Origin: Thermoproteota archaeon
GTDB lineage: Archaea; Korarchaeota; Korarchaeia; Korarchaeales; Korarchaeaceae
Reading direction: 5' to 3'
Assembly (NCBI GenBank): GCA_026986575.1
Contig: JALSOH010000011.1
Coordinates: forward strand, 1 to 64,000
Length of the DNA: 64,000 nt
Every line of letters starts with the position of its first letter. The first letter of the stretch is position 1. Of the stretch, positions 1 through 10,441 are shown piece by piece. The position numbers and the translations under genes were made by a program. The notes under the pieces were generated by a model. It was not told the DNA's origin. It made no database searches and saw only the letters and a program-made list of their open reading frames with translations.

Positions 1-2
1 AG

Positions 3-526
3 GAGGCCCAAGGAAAACTCTACGCTAGCGTCATTCCAGCTAACTTAGCGGCCCTCGATTTCTTCCTGAGGGAGGGCTACTCCTTCCTCAACTCCCTGGA
101 GCTGACTAGGGCTGATGGAGAGGTGGAGACCGTCGTCTTGGGGAGGGTCGTGGAGGCCATCACGCCAGCTGGCTTCAAACTTGGGAGGTTGAGCTACGAG
201 GTCTTGGAGGGGGAGTACTGCATATCGGTCTGCGATGAGGTTCCATCCGACTTCCTAGCTGTGATTAGGGACTCGGAGGAGCTGACAGTCGTAAGCGGAA
301 CCAGCTGCGGTGAGAAGGCGGAGTGCGGATACAGGGTTATAAGGTTTCCGGACCTGCCCCTGGAGCTAGTGGGCCTGATGGCCGTGATATCCAACTCATT
401 GGCCTCGGAAGGGATTCCCATACTGACGATCTCCTCCTACAGCTCCGACCTCATCCCGTGAAGGAGAGGGATTTTGAGAGGGCCCTCAACTCCCTCAAGA
501 GGATCCCCTCCCCAAGGAGGAGCTAG
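3..526 (+). CDS. C-terminal part of a GNAT-acetyltransferase-like/ACT-domain (CASTOR/DUF2241-like) fusion; 5' end outside window, frameshift near 455
   Basis: The frame of ORF 123..461 is open back to position 3 (…LYASVIPANLAALDFFLREGY…, a GNAT C-terminal pattern). The ACT-like LELVGLMAVISNSLASEGIPILTISSYSSDLI continues as VKERDFERAL in another frame. Confidence 0.55.
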
Positions 527-788
527 GGAAGGGCGGGCTGGACAAACCCCTACTCCAAGCCTCGCATCGGGGAATGAAGGCAACGTTCTTCTAAGGGGTC
601 GCGTCTATTGAGAGTGAGTTGAGGTGAGGGCGGGGATCCCGTGACAGTCTCGATTTCAGCGTGCGATATCTCCGACACCCTTACTCGCCTCGCGCCAAGG
701 ATAGGAGGGATCTAAGTTTTCTACAAGATGGTGGGAAGTGGGGTAGAACAACCTCATTAGACTCATGTGCGGGACCCATCCCCAGTCC

Positions 789-1097
789 CTATCTAACTTC
801 CACCATCTCGTTACCTGAGAACCTCTTATACCACAAGAAGCCCTTTGGAGTAACTACGTGCAGCTCTATCGGTGCCTCAGTGGCTTTATACACTCTGACC
901 ATAATCTCATACTTCTTTTCTATCTTCTCGGTTACGACTAGCACGTCAATATCGCTTGAGGCCGTAAACCTCCCTCTCACAACGGATCCGAAAACGTATA
1001 CTCTTGCATCTGGATCTATCTCCCTCACGATATCTCTTATCCTTCGTGCCACCTCCATGTAGTTCCTCAAGTAATAGAGCGGATCATCGGTCGACAT
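789..1097 (-). CDS. Minimal nucleotidyltransferase (MNT) antitoxin
   Basis: VYVFGSVVRG…SDIDVLVV (GS-DxD) motif; overlaps the HEPN gene. Confidence 0.9.
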   Translation of the reverse strand: MSTDDPLYYLRNYMEVARRIRDIVREIDPDARVYVFGSVVRGRFTASSDIDVLVVTEKIEKKYEIMVRVYKATEAPIELHVVTPKGFLWYKRFSGNEMVEVR

Positions 1098-1461
1098 ACC
1101 GCTTGAACACCTCAGTTACGAATCTGTAGAGGTCCAGCACCTCTTTCTCCTCATAGGAGTAGGGGATATACCTAGAGACTATGTAAGCCTCCTCTAATCT
1201 CGCTATATAGTGGAGGTGTTCCTCATCCTCTATGAGCTTCAACATCTCGGGCTGACCCAATGAACGAATGAGGGACCTCAGAGAATGAGTTCTGGGGTAG
1301 CTCCCCTTCTTAACCAGTAGCTTATACTTCAGGATCAGTTGACAGTACTGCTCTAAATTGAAAACAGCCAGATCCCACTCTCCCTCCTCAATCAATCTCT
1401 TGGCGTTTCTAAGGAAGGCCTCAGCCCTCCTCTTCATCAGCTCGGCTTCCTCATAGGACAC
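1084..1461 (-). CDS. HEPN domain protein (HEPN-MNT pair)
   Basis: AVFNLEQYCQL…YPRTHSL…SRY pattern; coupled to the MNT gene. Confidence 0.9.
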   Translation of the reverse strand: MSYEEAELMKRRAEAFLRNAKRLIEEGEWDLAVFNLEQYCQLILKYKLLVKKGSYPRTHSLRSLIRSLGQPEMLKLIEDEEHLHYIARLEEAYIVSRYIPYSYEEKEVLDLYRFVTEVFKRYVDR

Positions 1462-2000
1462 ATGGTAGGGGAGCCCTTTCGCATATTAAATGTTCCATAA
1501 TCGTCGCATGAAGCGCGGATTCTCGCGCAAGCCTCCACTCCAGCCTAGGCTAGTTTCGTCCTTTACCATAACTAGACGGGCTCTTCTTTGTGGAATTCAA
1601 TGGAATTGGCCTTTCCAGGGAAGCTAACCTGAGGTACCGCTTCTCCTCCAAGTTTACTGAGCAGGATATTCATCTCACTTTTCGGAGGTCACGATCAACT
1701 TGGATAGTATCGGCTCCTGCTAATCGGGGGATCCGCAGCCTCATCTCCGCTAACTTCGCAGCCAGTTCGCGGTTCCCAATGGAACGATTGGGTCCTCATT
1801 CTCAAGCTCTTCTAATGGGATCCCTCTCAAGGGACATGCAGTTTGTCTTCACCGCTGAGATCGGGACGAAGCGGAAGAACTTGGGCGCTCTAGCCTCCAA
1901 ATTCTCTCAGGTAGCCGACGGGCGAGAGAGATCTGGGCTCCTCTGCTCAAGGTATGGCTGATCACAGGCTGGCCTGTGACTTCGCGCGGGATCGGGTAAG

Positions 2001-2558
2001 CTAGCCACCGAAGACCCCGGACCACATCTCATTGAACTCGGCCTCGTAAGCTCCTGCGACGTCCTCTCCAACCAAGATTAGGAGGTTCTCGTCGTTCCTC
2101 GTGTCCGCCTGCTTGGTGTAGTTGTAGCTGCCGGTCAGCACAACCCTGCCGTCGATGACCATGAACTTGTTGTGCATGTAGGCCGGATTCCCGTCCAGCT
2201 TCACCTTGACCCCCGCATCCCTCAGCCTGCTGTACTCTGACCACCTGTTCAGCTGTTCCCTCTCCATTATGACCCTGACTCTGACTCCCCTGTCGTGGGC
2301 CCTCACCAAGGCATCCCCTATGCTGTCGAGGGTGAAGGAGTAGATCGCCAGATCAATGCTCTCGTTTGCCCTCTCTATCCAGTCGATTACAACGGAGGAG
2401 CAGCGATCCTCTGGACAGAAGAACGGTCCGATGATCCTGTCTCCGATGGAAGGGAATGAACCGTGATCGGATCCGCCCGTCCTTAGGGAGTATCCCAATG
2501 CCACGCCTGCCGCCAGCAGGATGATGGGGAGGACCCAGGATCTCCTACTTTCAGCCAT
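2001..2558 (-). CDS. Membrane-anchored/secreted phospholipase D-family Nuc-like nuclease
   Basis: N-terminal hydrophobic helix; single HKD motif MHNKFMVIDG…TGSYNYT…NDEN. Confidence 0.9.
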   Translation of the reverse strand: MAESRRSWVLPIILLAAGVALGYSLRTGGSDHGSFPSIGDRIIGPFFCPEDRCSSVVIDWIERANESIDLAIYSFTLDSIGDALVRAHDRGVRVRVIMEREQLNRWSEYSRLRDAGVKVKLDGNPAYMHNKFMVIDGRVVLTGSYNYTKQADTRNDENLLILVGEDVAGAYEAEFNEMWSGVFGG

Positions 2559-2896
2559 GGGATCACCATCCAGATGAGCCCGATCCCTTTAAGAGAACTT
2601 CGCTGACGGTTATGTCCGGATCCCTATCATCTCCAAGTCGCTCCCTAAAGGGGTGATGGGAATGGGGGAGCAGTGAGTTCATCCATGGGTCAGTCAACAG
2701 GGATCCTCCACCTAAACAGGGTACGGTACCCCAGCGCACCCCTCTCTCCACCGAGCACCAGCCCCTATATCCATCGATTCCCCTCTAACTCTAGGCAGCG
2801 CGGGCCGGCGGAGCCTACCTAAGAGGTCACTGAAGATCCTCGGCGCGCAGGTCCATTGAGGTGCACCACTGGGCTGAAGCGCGGACCTACGGGCTA

Positions 2897-3292
2897 CTAG
2901 AGCTCGGAGGTTGACAGGGCCTCGACCCTCCCCTTAACCCTCTTCGCGAGTTTCGCATCGTCCGTTACCAATACTAGGTCGTTCTCGCTGGCGTAGGTGA
3001 TGTAGGATGAGTCATAGACGGTCAAATAATATCTAATGGCGTTCTCCAACACTTCCCTCTCGAGGTCAGCTACGGTCTTAACATCAATCACCTCGAATAT
3101 CCTGAGAAGTATATCGACGTATTCGGCCAGCAGGTCCCTGCTCAATCTCTTGAGCAGGTGATGTTCCTTCCATAGGGCATTCAGGGATTCATAAAGGGCC
3201 AGATCTAGAGTGCAGCCTTCGCTCAGTACCCTCAGATCCCCCTTCCTGATCAGATTGATGATTGCAGATGAGTCGAATAGGTACTTCAACAA
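2897..3292 (-). CDS. vapC: VapC/PIN toxin
   Basis: YLFDSSAII…LTVYDSSY…LVTDD PIN motifs. Confidence 0.9.
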   Translation of the reverse strand: MLKYLFDSSAIINLIRKGDLRVLSEGCTLDLALYESLNALWKEHHLLKRLSRDLLAEYVDILLRIFEVIDVKTVADLEREVLENAIRYYLTVYDSSYITYASENDLVLVTDDAKLAKRVKGRVEALSTSEL

Positions 3293-3520
3293 CTACCTCT
3301 CCCTGTCCTCTCGTATCAGCTCAGCTATCTCCTCATCGCTGATCTCTGGAAGCCTCTTTCTAAGCCTCTCAGCTCTCCTCTCCAGCTCCTCGAGGATCTT
3401 CCTCCTGACCTCCTCCTTCAGAGCCCTCCTCATCACGGGGCTGGGCTTGATTCCCAGCCTGTCCATGAGCTCCTTGAGTTTGCGGGGGATCTTGGTGGCC
3501 ACCACCACGTAATCTGCCAT
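3293..3520 (-). CDS. vapB: VapB-type (RHH) antitoxin
   Basis: 75 aa, VVATKIPRKLK…IREDRER; abuts vapC. Confidence 0.85.
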   Translation of the reverse strand: MADYVVVATKIPRKLKELMDRLGIKPSPVMRRALKEEVRRKILEELERRAERLRKRLPEISDEEIAELIREDRER

Positions 3521-3530
3521 CCTTTCTCGT

Positions 3531-3549
3531 GTAAAACCTTACGGTTTAC
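3531..3549. promoter_or_regulatory. Imperfect inverted repeat upstream of vapB (putative operator)
   Basis: GTAAAACC-TTAC-GGTTTAC just upstream of the antitoxin start. Confidence 0.4.
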
Positions 3550-4500
3550 CTACTTAAGGTTTACTAATGGGTTTAACGAACTGTTAGATGCTTAGGAGGG
3601 ATCGCAAGAGCCCAGTGGGAGTGAGTCTTTAAACTCTCCATCGCCCACTCCGGGATGGGAGCCTATTGTAGCCCTATATGCCGTATGTCGGCTCCTGCCA
3701 CTCTAAAGAGCTTTATCAGGACCTTCATGTCTACTCCATGATCTCTATTTTTTGTGAAAGCGGTATGCATTGTTCTATGCATGTAGACAGGGTCTCCCTA
3801 TCGCCTAAGTCGTTTAATAGATCCCTTATGCCTCTCTAGGACACTGAGCCCCATGGTCACAGCAATCATCAAGGCTATTCTGTCACTCCCTATCTCCTGA
3901 TTCCCCTGTCGATAGTCTAATTTACTCGACTGCAAAGGGAGATTGGTCCCTGAGAAGGTGGAGGAGAGTCTTAGAACCGTTCAGAGTGCTTACTGAATTA
4001 CTAATCGTTATGAGCTGAGATAGGAGCCGTGCTAGTCTAGAGAAAAGGCAGTAGACTCGACGCTCTAAAATAAGAGTTATTTTCTTTTGGTACGGCTGGA
4101 TGATCTTTACAACATCCAGCCTAAATTCGCCGAATATAACAAAAATATTGAGATAAATTACAGCCAATACCGGCTTGACGTTTAAAAGGGTGCTCTAACA
4201 GTTGTAGTCATTAAGCGCGCGCCCTCAAGGGATCACCCCTAGCGGTATCGCGCTGCCCCTCCCCATCGCGCAGATAACGCGATACCCATAAGTCCTGTGC
4301 GGCCAGATAGCCTTATCGGAAGGTTTCGTACTGATCACCGCTGGACCGACTTATAAATCGCTCGTGGGAATTGAATTCAACTCCACGGACCTACTAGGGA
4401 TCCTCCCTCGATCACCTCATCTACGGACCCTGGAGCTTCGATTTCGGAGACCCCACCACAGCGATTTTATAAAAATGAAGTTAATAAACCGGGTGCTCGC

Positions 4501-5216
4501 TTGTACTTCGTCAGGAAGGAGGTCCTCTTCTTGGTGCTTTTCATCCCCCTCCTCCTGCTCTTCGCATTCCTCCTGAACGGCGCGGAGTTCACCTACGAGG
4601 CTGATGGGGAGAGCGGAGTGATGAGGCTGGATTCCCCGACCTCGCTCCTGCCCTTCTCCGCCCTCTTCGGAGGGGTGGCTGCTCTCACCCTAGAGGCTAT
4701 AGCCTACGCCGTGGGCGCGGTCCAGTCGCCCTCTAGGAGGCTCTACCCGGACATCCAACCCGTCAGCAGGGAGGAGCTGGTCTCTAGACTCATGGCCCTG
4801 AACGACCCGAACAAGCCGTGGGAGATAGTTGAGGAGGACGGGAACCTAGTAGCTAGGTGGAAGGTCGTGGATGCCAGGTGGTGGGAGATCCTGAAGAGGG
4901 CGGGGCTCAGGATCTACTACCTGGGGAGGATGAGGCTGGATGACGATAGGAGGATGGTCCTCTACGCGGAGGAGATGGGGGAGCTGGAGTGGGCCGCTGG
5001 CTTATCGGACGAACCCGTGAAGTTCAGGTACTCCAAGTTCAGGGGGAGGATCCTGTTCAGCAAGAGGAAGGCGGTAGCCTACGCCTTCAAGTCCCTCCTC
5101 CCCCTGACTGGGGTAAGGTTTACGAGTTCGACTTCGATGTGAACCTGATCAGGGGCCCCATAATAGAGACGGTAGAGAGAAGCGGGTGGCTCTTCCAGCC
5201 GGTGACGAGGCTCTGA
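4501..5216 (+). CDS. Hypothetical membrane protein, frameshifted near 5100
   Basis: Two N-terminal TM segments; ORF 4501..5142 continues in ORF 4989..5216 (…DWGKVYEFDFDVNLIRGP) after a C-run. Confidence 0.6.
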
Positions 5217-5388
5217 GGTGAGATGCTCCTCTCAACTGGTGAAATCCTCTCCGGTCAAACGCGCGGCACCATATGAAAATTTATTCATCATAAACATCTA
5301 AGTAACCGATAATTCCGGATCTGTAGACCGCCAACTCTTTCCTCACTCAGGGAGAGCTCTCCCTTTGGCAAAAGTCCATACGAGGAAG

Positions 5389-5955
5389 CTACTCGGTAGA
5401 ATCGATACCAGCAGCCTCCATTAGGACCTCCAGCTCCTCAAGGATGCCGAGCCTCTCCGCTAACTCCCTAGCGGATCTCCAGTTCACTTGAACGCGTCTG
5501 AATCTCTCGATAGTCACTGGTCTCACCCCCCTGAACGCCTCCAGAACTGCGTAGGCTTCGACAGTCAGCGACAGGAACGATATCCCCCATCTCTTGACCT
5601 CCACTATGTGACCCTCGAAGGTGGGGAGGGGATCCCCTAGGGGGGTAGTCGTGAATATCTCCACCGGAATGGGTCTCTCATCGGTCGGATAGTACAGTGT
5701 AAACACCCGGCCCCTCTCCGTCTTGAGGAGCTCAAGCCTCATCTTCTCCAGGCCAGTGGCCTCTCTGTAAGCCTCCTCTATGATGGAGAGGGTGATGTTA
5801 GGGGCGAGCAGATCTATGTCCTTGCTGGAGACGTCGATGCCCGCGACCACAGCCAGTATCTGAGATCCGTAGATCAGAGTGGGGGTTTTCTCACTGAGGG
5901 GTGGGTAGATGGAGAGGAGGACAGGCAGCCACTCATCCTCACTCCTGACGGTCAA
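5389..5955 (-). CDS. Nucleotidyltransferase-fold protein (AbiEii-like), probable TTG start at 5955
   Basis: LIYGSQIL…SKDIDLL motif; TTG start overlaps the TGA of the upstream gene. Confidence 0.6.
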   Translation of the reverse strand: MTVRSEDEWLPVLLSIYPPLSEKTPTLIYGSQILAVVAGIDVSSKDIDLLAPNITLSIIEEAYREATGLEKMRLELLKTERGRVFTLYYPTDERPIPVEIFTTTPLGDPLPTFEGHIVEVKRWGISFLSLTVEAYAVLEAFRGVRPVTIERFRRVQVNWRSARELAERLGILEELEVLMEAAGIDSTE

Positions 5956-6299
5956 GGTGAATCCTCCGCCCACAGGACGGGCACGGCATTGAACATTCTC
6001 CTGAGCAAGATCCTGTCGTCTATTGGTAGGATCCGCCTTCGAGGTTCGACTCCGAATTTGGAGAACTCCTCCCTCAGCTTCCCGCACGATGGTTTGGTTA
6101 TCCAGGACACTAGGTCCTCGCAGTGGTATGCCAGCCACACGAGATGGGAGAGGAAAAGGGTTCCCTCCCTGCCGAGCAGCTTCGGATCCGAGATGACACT
6201 TAGAGATGTTTCAGCCGCTACCTCTAGGGCCCAAACCTCGCCCCTGAGCCCCCTTCGGACGAGGTCCTCCCACTCCCTCTGATCCCTTATCCTGAACAT
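5952..6299 (-). CDS. Hypothetical protein, translationally coupled partner of the nucleotidyltransferase (possible antitoxin)
   Basis: Stop overlaps the start of the downstream NTase gene. Confidence 0.5.
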   Translation of the reverse strand: MFRIRDQREWEDLVRRGLRGEVWALEVAAETSLSVISDPKLLGREGTLFLSHLVWLAYHCEDLVSWITKPSCGKLREEFSKFGVEPRRRILPIDDRILLRRMFNAVPVLWAEDSP

Positions 6300-6333
6300 A
6301 TCTCATCTCTCCTGAGGGTGGGTACTTGAACTC

Positions 6334-7068
6334 TTACTTGATCGCGTGCACATAACGCTTGTGGTTGCCCGTCCTCGGCTTTATAACTTTCCTTTCCTCC
6401 ACACCATGCCGTGTATGATCGGGCTTCCGGAACTTGACCGTGTAATCCCAGAAGCTACCTGCTATGTCCTCTACTAGAAACCGGTCTCTCCTGAGTCTCA
6501 CTGTGGTCGACTTTAGGGCGTAATCTGGGTCTATGAGGAATTCGGTCACAGCTAATATGCCGCCCGGTTTGAGGACCCTGAAGACCTCCCTGAGCGCTCT
6601 CACTCTATCTGGTATCTCTTGCAGGACTGTAACCATGAGGCAGATATCCACAGATCCATCTGCCAGTGGCAGGTCATGAGCTGAGGCTAAAATTACGTCT
6701 ATAGTGTTCCGGACATCCGAATGTTGAGGGCTATCCAGTTTTCTTTTGAGTTCCTCCAAGAAGGCCGGATTTATGTCCATAGCTAGGACTTTACCTTCAC
6801 GACCTACGAATCGGGCTAGGGGGACTGTGAAGGTGCCAGCTCCGCATCCCAAATCCAGAGCGATCATTCCCTCCCTGACGCCTGACCTTATTACCACGTT
6901 CTCAGGAGGTTGAAGGGCTCTCCTGAATCGGCTGTCCAAGACCTTGGAGAAGATGGCCGGATCTATTACTTGCACCCTCCTCCTAAGGACCTTGGACAGG
7001 AACCTAACGATCAGCTGATAGGAGATAAATAGCACGAGAATCATTAACAGCATATGAAAAAGATCCAA
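6334..7068 (-). CDS. Class I SAM-dependent methyltransferase with N-terminal membrane anchor
   Basis: ALDLGCGAG motif I; VLKPGG; N-terminal hydrophobic helix. Confidence 0.9.
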   Translation of the reverse strand: MDLFHMLLMILVLFISYQLIVRFLSKVLRRRVQVIDPAIFSKVLDSRFRRALQPPENVVIRSGVREGMIALDLGCGAGTFTVPLARFVGREGKVLAMDINPAFLEELKRKLDSPQHSDVRNTIDVILASAHDLPLADGSVDICLMVTVLQEIPDRVRALREVFRVLKPGGILAVTEFLIDPDYALKSTTVRLRRDRFLVEDIAGSFWDYTVKFRKPDHTRHGVEERKVIKPRTGNHKRYVHAIK

Positions 7069-7447
7069 TTCATTCCCCCAAAGATTTGAACGGTATGATC
7101 AGTAATTAGCAGCTATCTGGATCTCCCTAGCTATTAAATCTTATTCGAGGCTCCCCCCTCTATTACCTTATAAGAGCTCCTATCCTGCCAAGTAGCGAGG
7201 GATAGCGCCATTGCGCTATAAGTTCCATTGCACCTTGAAGTAATGTCTTCTCCGGCCGAATTAACCATTTTCTTTGCTGCCTTTTAACCAGAGAGATCAC
7301 CGCCGCTTCCGGGGGTAGGTGTAGTTTGTTACCCGCTACTTCTTCCCGGTTACATCTTCCAGATACATCACGCAGCGAGGCAATTTATCCGAAGTAGGGC
7401 TAACTGCTATGCTTGCATCGGGTGCTAGTTAGCTCCCTGCCTAGTGA

Positions 7448-7467
7448 CTGTAATACTTATATTACAG
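7448..7467 (+). promoter_or_regulatory. Perfect 8-bp inverted repeat over a TATA-like element upstream of vapB (putative autoregulatory operator)
   Basis: CTGTAATA-CTTA-TATTACAG, with further TATTACA/ATTACA half-sites before the ATG at 7490. Confidence 0.6.
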
Positions 7468-7489
7468 CAGTAGTATTACATTACATGAG

Positions 7490-7738
7490 ATGTCCGTGGT
7501 CGTGAGCTTCAGGATAGATAGGGAGCTCAAGAGGAAGATGGACCAGCTTAAACACATAAACTGGAGCGAGGTAGTCAGGAGGGCCATAGCGGAGACTATA
7601 AGGAGGGAAGAGGAGAGAAGACGCAGTAAGGACTTAACGAAGGTGAGGAAGGCTGCCCTCAGGTCGGAGATCATATCAAGAGAGGTGAAGGGCTGGAGCT
7701 CGGTGGAGGAGATAAGGAAGTGGAGAGAGTCGTCGTAG
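7490..7738 (+). CDS. vapB: VapB antitoxin (RHH)
   Basis: MSVVVSFRID…INWSEVVRRAI…EEIRKWR. Confidence 0.9.
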   Translation: MSVVVSFRIDRELKRKMDQLKHINWSEVVRRAIAETIRREEERRRSKDLTKVRKAALRSEIISREVKGWSSVEEIRKWRESS

Positions 7739-8136
7739 ACGCCTCGGTCGTGGTCAAGTGGTTCGTTGAGGAGGAGTACAGTGAGGAAGCTAGGCTGCTG
7801 AAGGACGCTTACTCCTCGGGGGTTTTCGACATAGCCGCTCCAAGTCTCCTCCACTACGAGGTATTGAACGCCCTGAAGTACTCTGGTGCCTTCGGGGAGG
7901 ACGAGCTGAAGAAAGTCGCATCTATACTGGAGGATTTTCAGATCACCCTGTTCGAGCTCTCAGGGGAGCTGGCCAGCAAGACCGTTGAACTGGCCATGAG
8001 AAAGGGGATAACTGTTTACGACGCCTCATATGCTGCTTTAGCTGAGATGCTAGGCAGTGTAGGCTACACAGCCGACGAAAAGCTCCTGAAGAAGGTAGGC
8101 GGTCGGTTGAGACATGTAAAAGATGTGAAGGTATAG
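7720..8136 (+). CDS. vapC: VapC/PIN toxin
   Basis: VVVDASVVVKWF…ITVYDASY…YTADEKL. Confidence 0.92.
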   Translation: MERVVVDASVVVKWFVEEEYSEEARLLKDAYSSGVFDIAAPSLLHYEVLNALKYSGAFGEDELKKVASILEDFQITLFELSGELASKTVELAMRKGITVYDASYAALAEMLGSVGYTADEKLLKKVGGRLRHVKDVKV

Positions 8137-8521
8137 CCTATAGCTTACGGAGGCATTTGACCGATTCTAGCAAAAACATGAAAATCAATTGGGATTGATG
8201 TGACTATAGGACCCTTTAAGCGAACAAGGGTCATCCCATGATACTATAGCTTAATCGCTCACCCCAAACCTAACCTCCCGACCCTCAGCCGGAGGAGTCT
8301 GTGCCATGCGGCTCACTAAGTTGTGGAGGCCATTAGAACCTTTCCAAGGGTTCGGGGAAGGTGAGTCTTCAATTCCATTTACCTTGAATCCACTAACTGA
8401 CGCATCGGCGTTTCCATCATTGGGGTCCAGCCATTTGAATGAAACTGGTTGTACGGTCAGGGGTGTACCCTAACTACCGTTTCCGGGCAACTAAGCTGAC
8501 TCGAGCGATGTCAAGCCGTTC

Positions 8522-9595
8522 TTAAGGGGGAACTAAGCATAAGTTCCCATCCCTATACACCGCCACCCTGTCCTCAACCCAGCCTCCCAAGAGCCCCCTG
8601 ACGGTGATCAGTCCATTTCCAGCAATACCGGTCATCCCTCCCTGAATTGAGAAGGCGAGTCTGCTCGCGTCGGGACTCCACTGCAGGTTGTAGGGTCTCC
8701 CGTCCAGCCGGAAGATCTGCCCGTCCATGTAGATCGACCAGCTGCCGTTGACCTGAATGGCGGCACCGACTCCCCTCTCACAATTCAGCTCGACCACGCT
8801 CCCATTCACCAGCTTCTTCAAGGATCCGTCGTAGACGTAGAGGCCCCCCGCCCCTCCTAGGTACAGCTTTCCCTTCCTCCAGCAGCCCACAGATGCCGCA
8901 GAGGGTATCTCGCTCTCCCTGCCTTGAGCGTCCATAACCACAACCTTATCACCCAAGGAGATCGCCGCTGCCTCCGCAACGTCGAGCACCCTGCCCTCCA
9001 TGGTCCTCTTCAGGACGGGACCGCCCATCCCGATTAGCTCGATCCACGATGAGCTGCCGTTTCCCAGAGCTACGAGCACGAACCTGCCGAGCCAATCCAT
9101 GTAGGTGGCATAGCCCCCCAGCTCGACCTTCCAAGGGAGCTGAAGCGTGGCCACCTCTCCCTTAGGCGTTATGATCCTGGTTACGACCGCTAGCCTTCCG
9201 TCGTCGCTCCATTTGATGAACTGGACCTCTCCATTGAATTTCATCTTATCCAGGACCGAGCCATCCTCCCCCACAACCACTAAAGCCCCGGAATCCGTGC
9301 CTATCGCGACCCTATCCTTCCACCACGAGGAATAGGTGGCCTTGCCGGGGAGTTCCATCTTCCAAGCTATCGAGCCGTCCGGTCGAAGGGCGTACGTGTC
9401 AACTCCAGGGGAATCCGTGTTCACAACCAAGAGGGAGCCTGTAGCAAAGAGTACGGGCTTCCCCTTTAGCTTGAGACACTTCTCCGTCTTGACGGGATTG
9501 GGTATCGGCCCTATTTCCGGTCCGAGCCTAGAGATGACCGCGTAGGCAACCAAGATCAGCAGCACGAAGATCAGGAGCTTGGTCCTCGTAGACAT
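8522..9595 (-). CDS. Membrane-anchored beta-propeller (WD40/PQQ-like) protein; probable start 9595
   Basis: MSTRTKLLIFVLLILVAY signal anchor; repeated W-S-x-D-G blades; TGATG overlap with the upstream ORF. Confidence 0.65.
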   Translation of the reverse strand: MSTRTKLLIFVLLILVAYAVISRLGPEIGPIPNPVKTEKCLKLKGKPVLFATGSLLVVNTDSPGVDTYALRPDGSIAWKMELPGKATYSSWWKDRVAIGTDSGALVVVGEDGSVLDKMKFNGEVQFIKWSDDGRLAVVTRIITPKGEVATLQLPWKVELGGYATYMDWLGRFVLVALGNGSSSWIELIGMGGPVLKRTMEGRVLDVAEAAAISLGDKVVVMDAQGRESEIPSAASVGCWRKGKLYLGGAGGLYVYDGSLKKLVNGSVVELNCERGVGAAIQVNGSWSIYMDGQIFRLDGRPYNLQWSPDASRLAFSIQGGMTGIAGNGLITVRGLLGGWVEDRVAVYRDGNLCLVPP

Positions 9596-10110
9596 CACAG
9601 CGCACCCTTGGGAGGTCTCGGTCCCCTTCCCCTCCTGCCCCTGAAGGGCCTGGCTGAGTATATCTTGGTGAGGACCGCCTGATAAACGTGAGGCGCCTCC
9701 CACTCGTACATCAGGCAGTTGCCGTGCTTCCACACCCAGTACTCGGCATCCAGATAGTAGGATCCAGTGGGGAGGAATGGAAGGTCGCTGTACTTCCTGA
9801 AGGGCTCTCCCTCCGAGTCAAGGGACGTGCTCAAACCGCAACCCTCGTCCGGGCACGCACAGCCGCAGACCACCACGAGCCCGGGCACCCAGCTCCCGTA
9901 CCTCCAGCATTCTCTGGGAAGCTCGATCGGGAGCCTCACCCATCCCTCTATATGTATGTCGCAGTTCTCTTCGTCGCTTAACCACTTCCTGCAGCCGCTA
10001 TCCTCCTCGAAGTCGTTGCACAGGTGGGCGAAGTACCTCACCCTTTCCCCGTACCAGAAGACCCTCCCCCTCCCGCTGAGCCTGAAGTTATCGCAGTCCA
10101 TCACAAGCAT
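9595..10110 (-). CDS. Cys/Trp-rich hypothetical protein
   Basis: 171 aa with many Cys including CGCACPDEGC; coupled to the beta-propeller gene. Confidence 0.55.
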   Translation of the reverse strand: MLVMDCDNFRLSGRGRVFWYGERVRYFAHLCNDFEEDSGCRKWLSDEENCDIHIEGWVRLPIELPRECWRYGSWVPGLVVVCGCACPDEGCGLSTSLDSEGEPFRKYSDLPFLPTGSYYLDAEYWVWKHGNCLMYEWEAPHVYQAVLTKIYSARPFRGRRGRGPRPPKGAL

Positions 10111-10441
10111 ACCCTCCTCTCAGATTTAAGTTGTCTGTAGGCTTTTGGATGGTTAAGTTCTAAGTTTAACAATAGCCGTGGAGGAAAAGGTCCAGCGTGG
10201 TGGATGAAATACAGCAGCCCCTTCCATTATGGTAAGACTCTCAAGTGAATAGTGTCAGGAAAGCAGAGAAATAAGGAGCGAAGAGAGAGTGAAGTGAGTC
10301 ACACCAGTTTTATCACTCCAGCCTATTAGAACGACGATTTCTATGATGCGAAATCACTCCATATGCTAGCGTTATTATGATAGACGTCAAAGCTGGCACT
10401 AAAACACTCCTGAACAGGAGATCTGACCAATCCATTTGTTT

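Noticed and set aside
1590-1961. 123-aa ORF and similar intergenic ORFs (e.g. 3922..4167, 18894..19265, 42443..42718)
   Set aside because: No SD, atypical composition and no motifs; probably spurious or decayed remnants.
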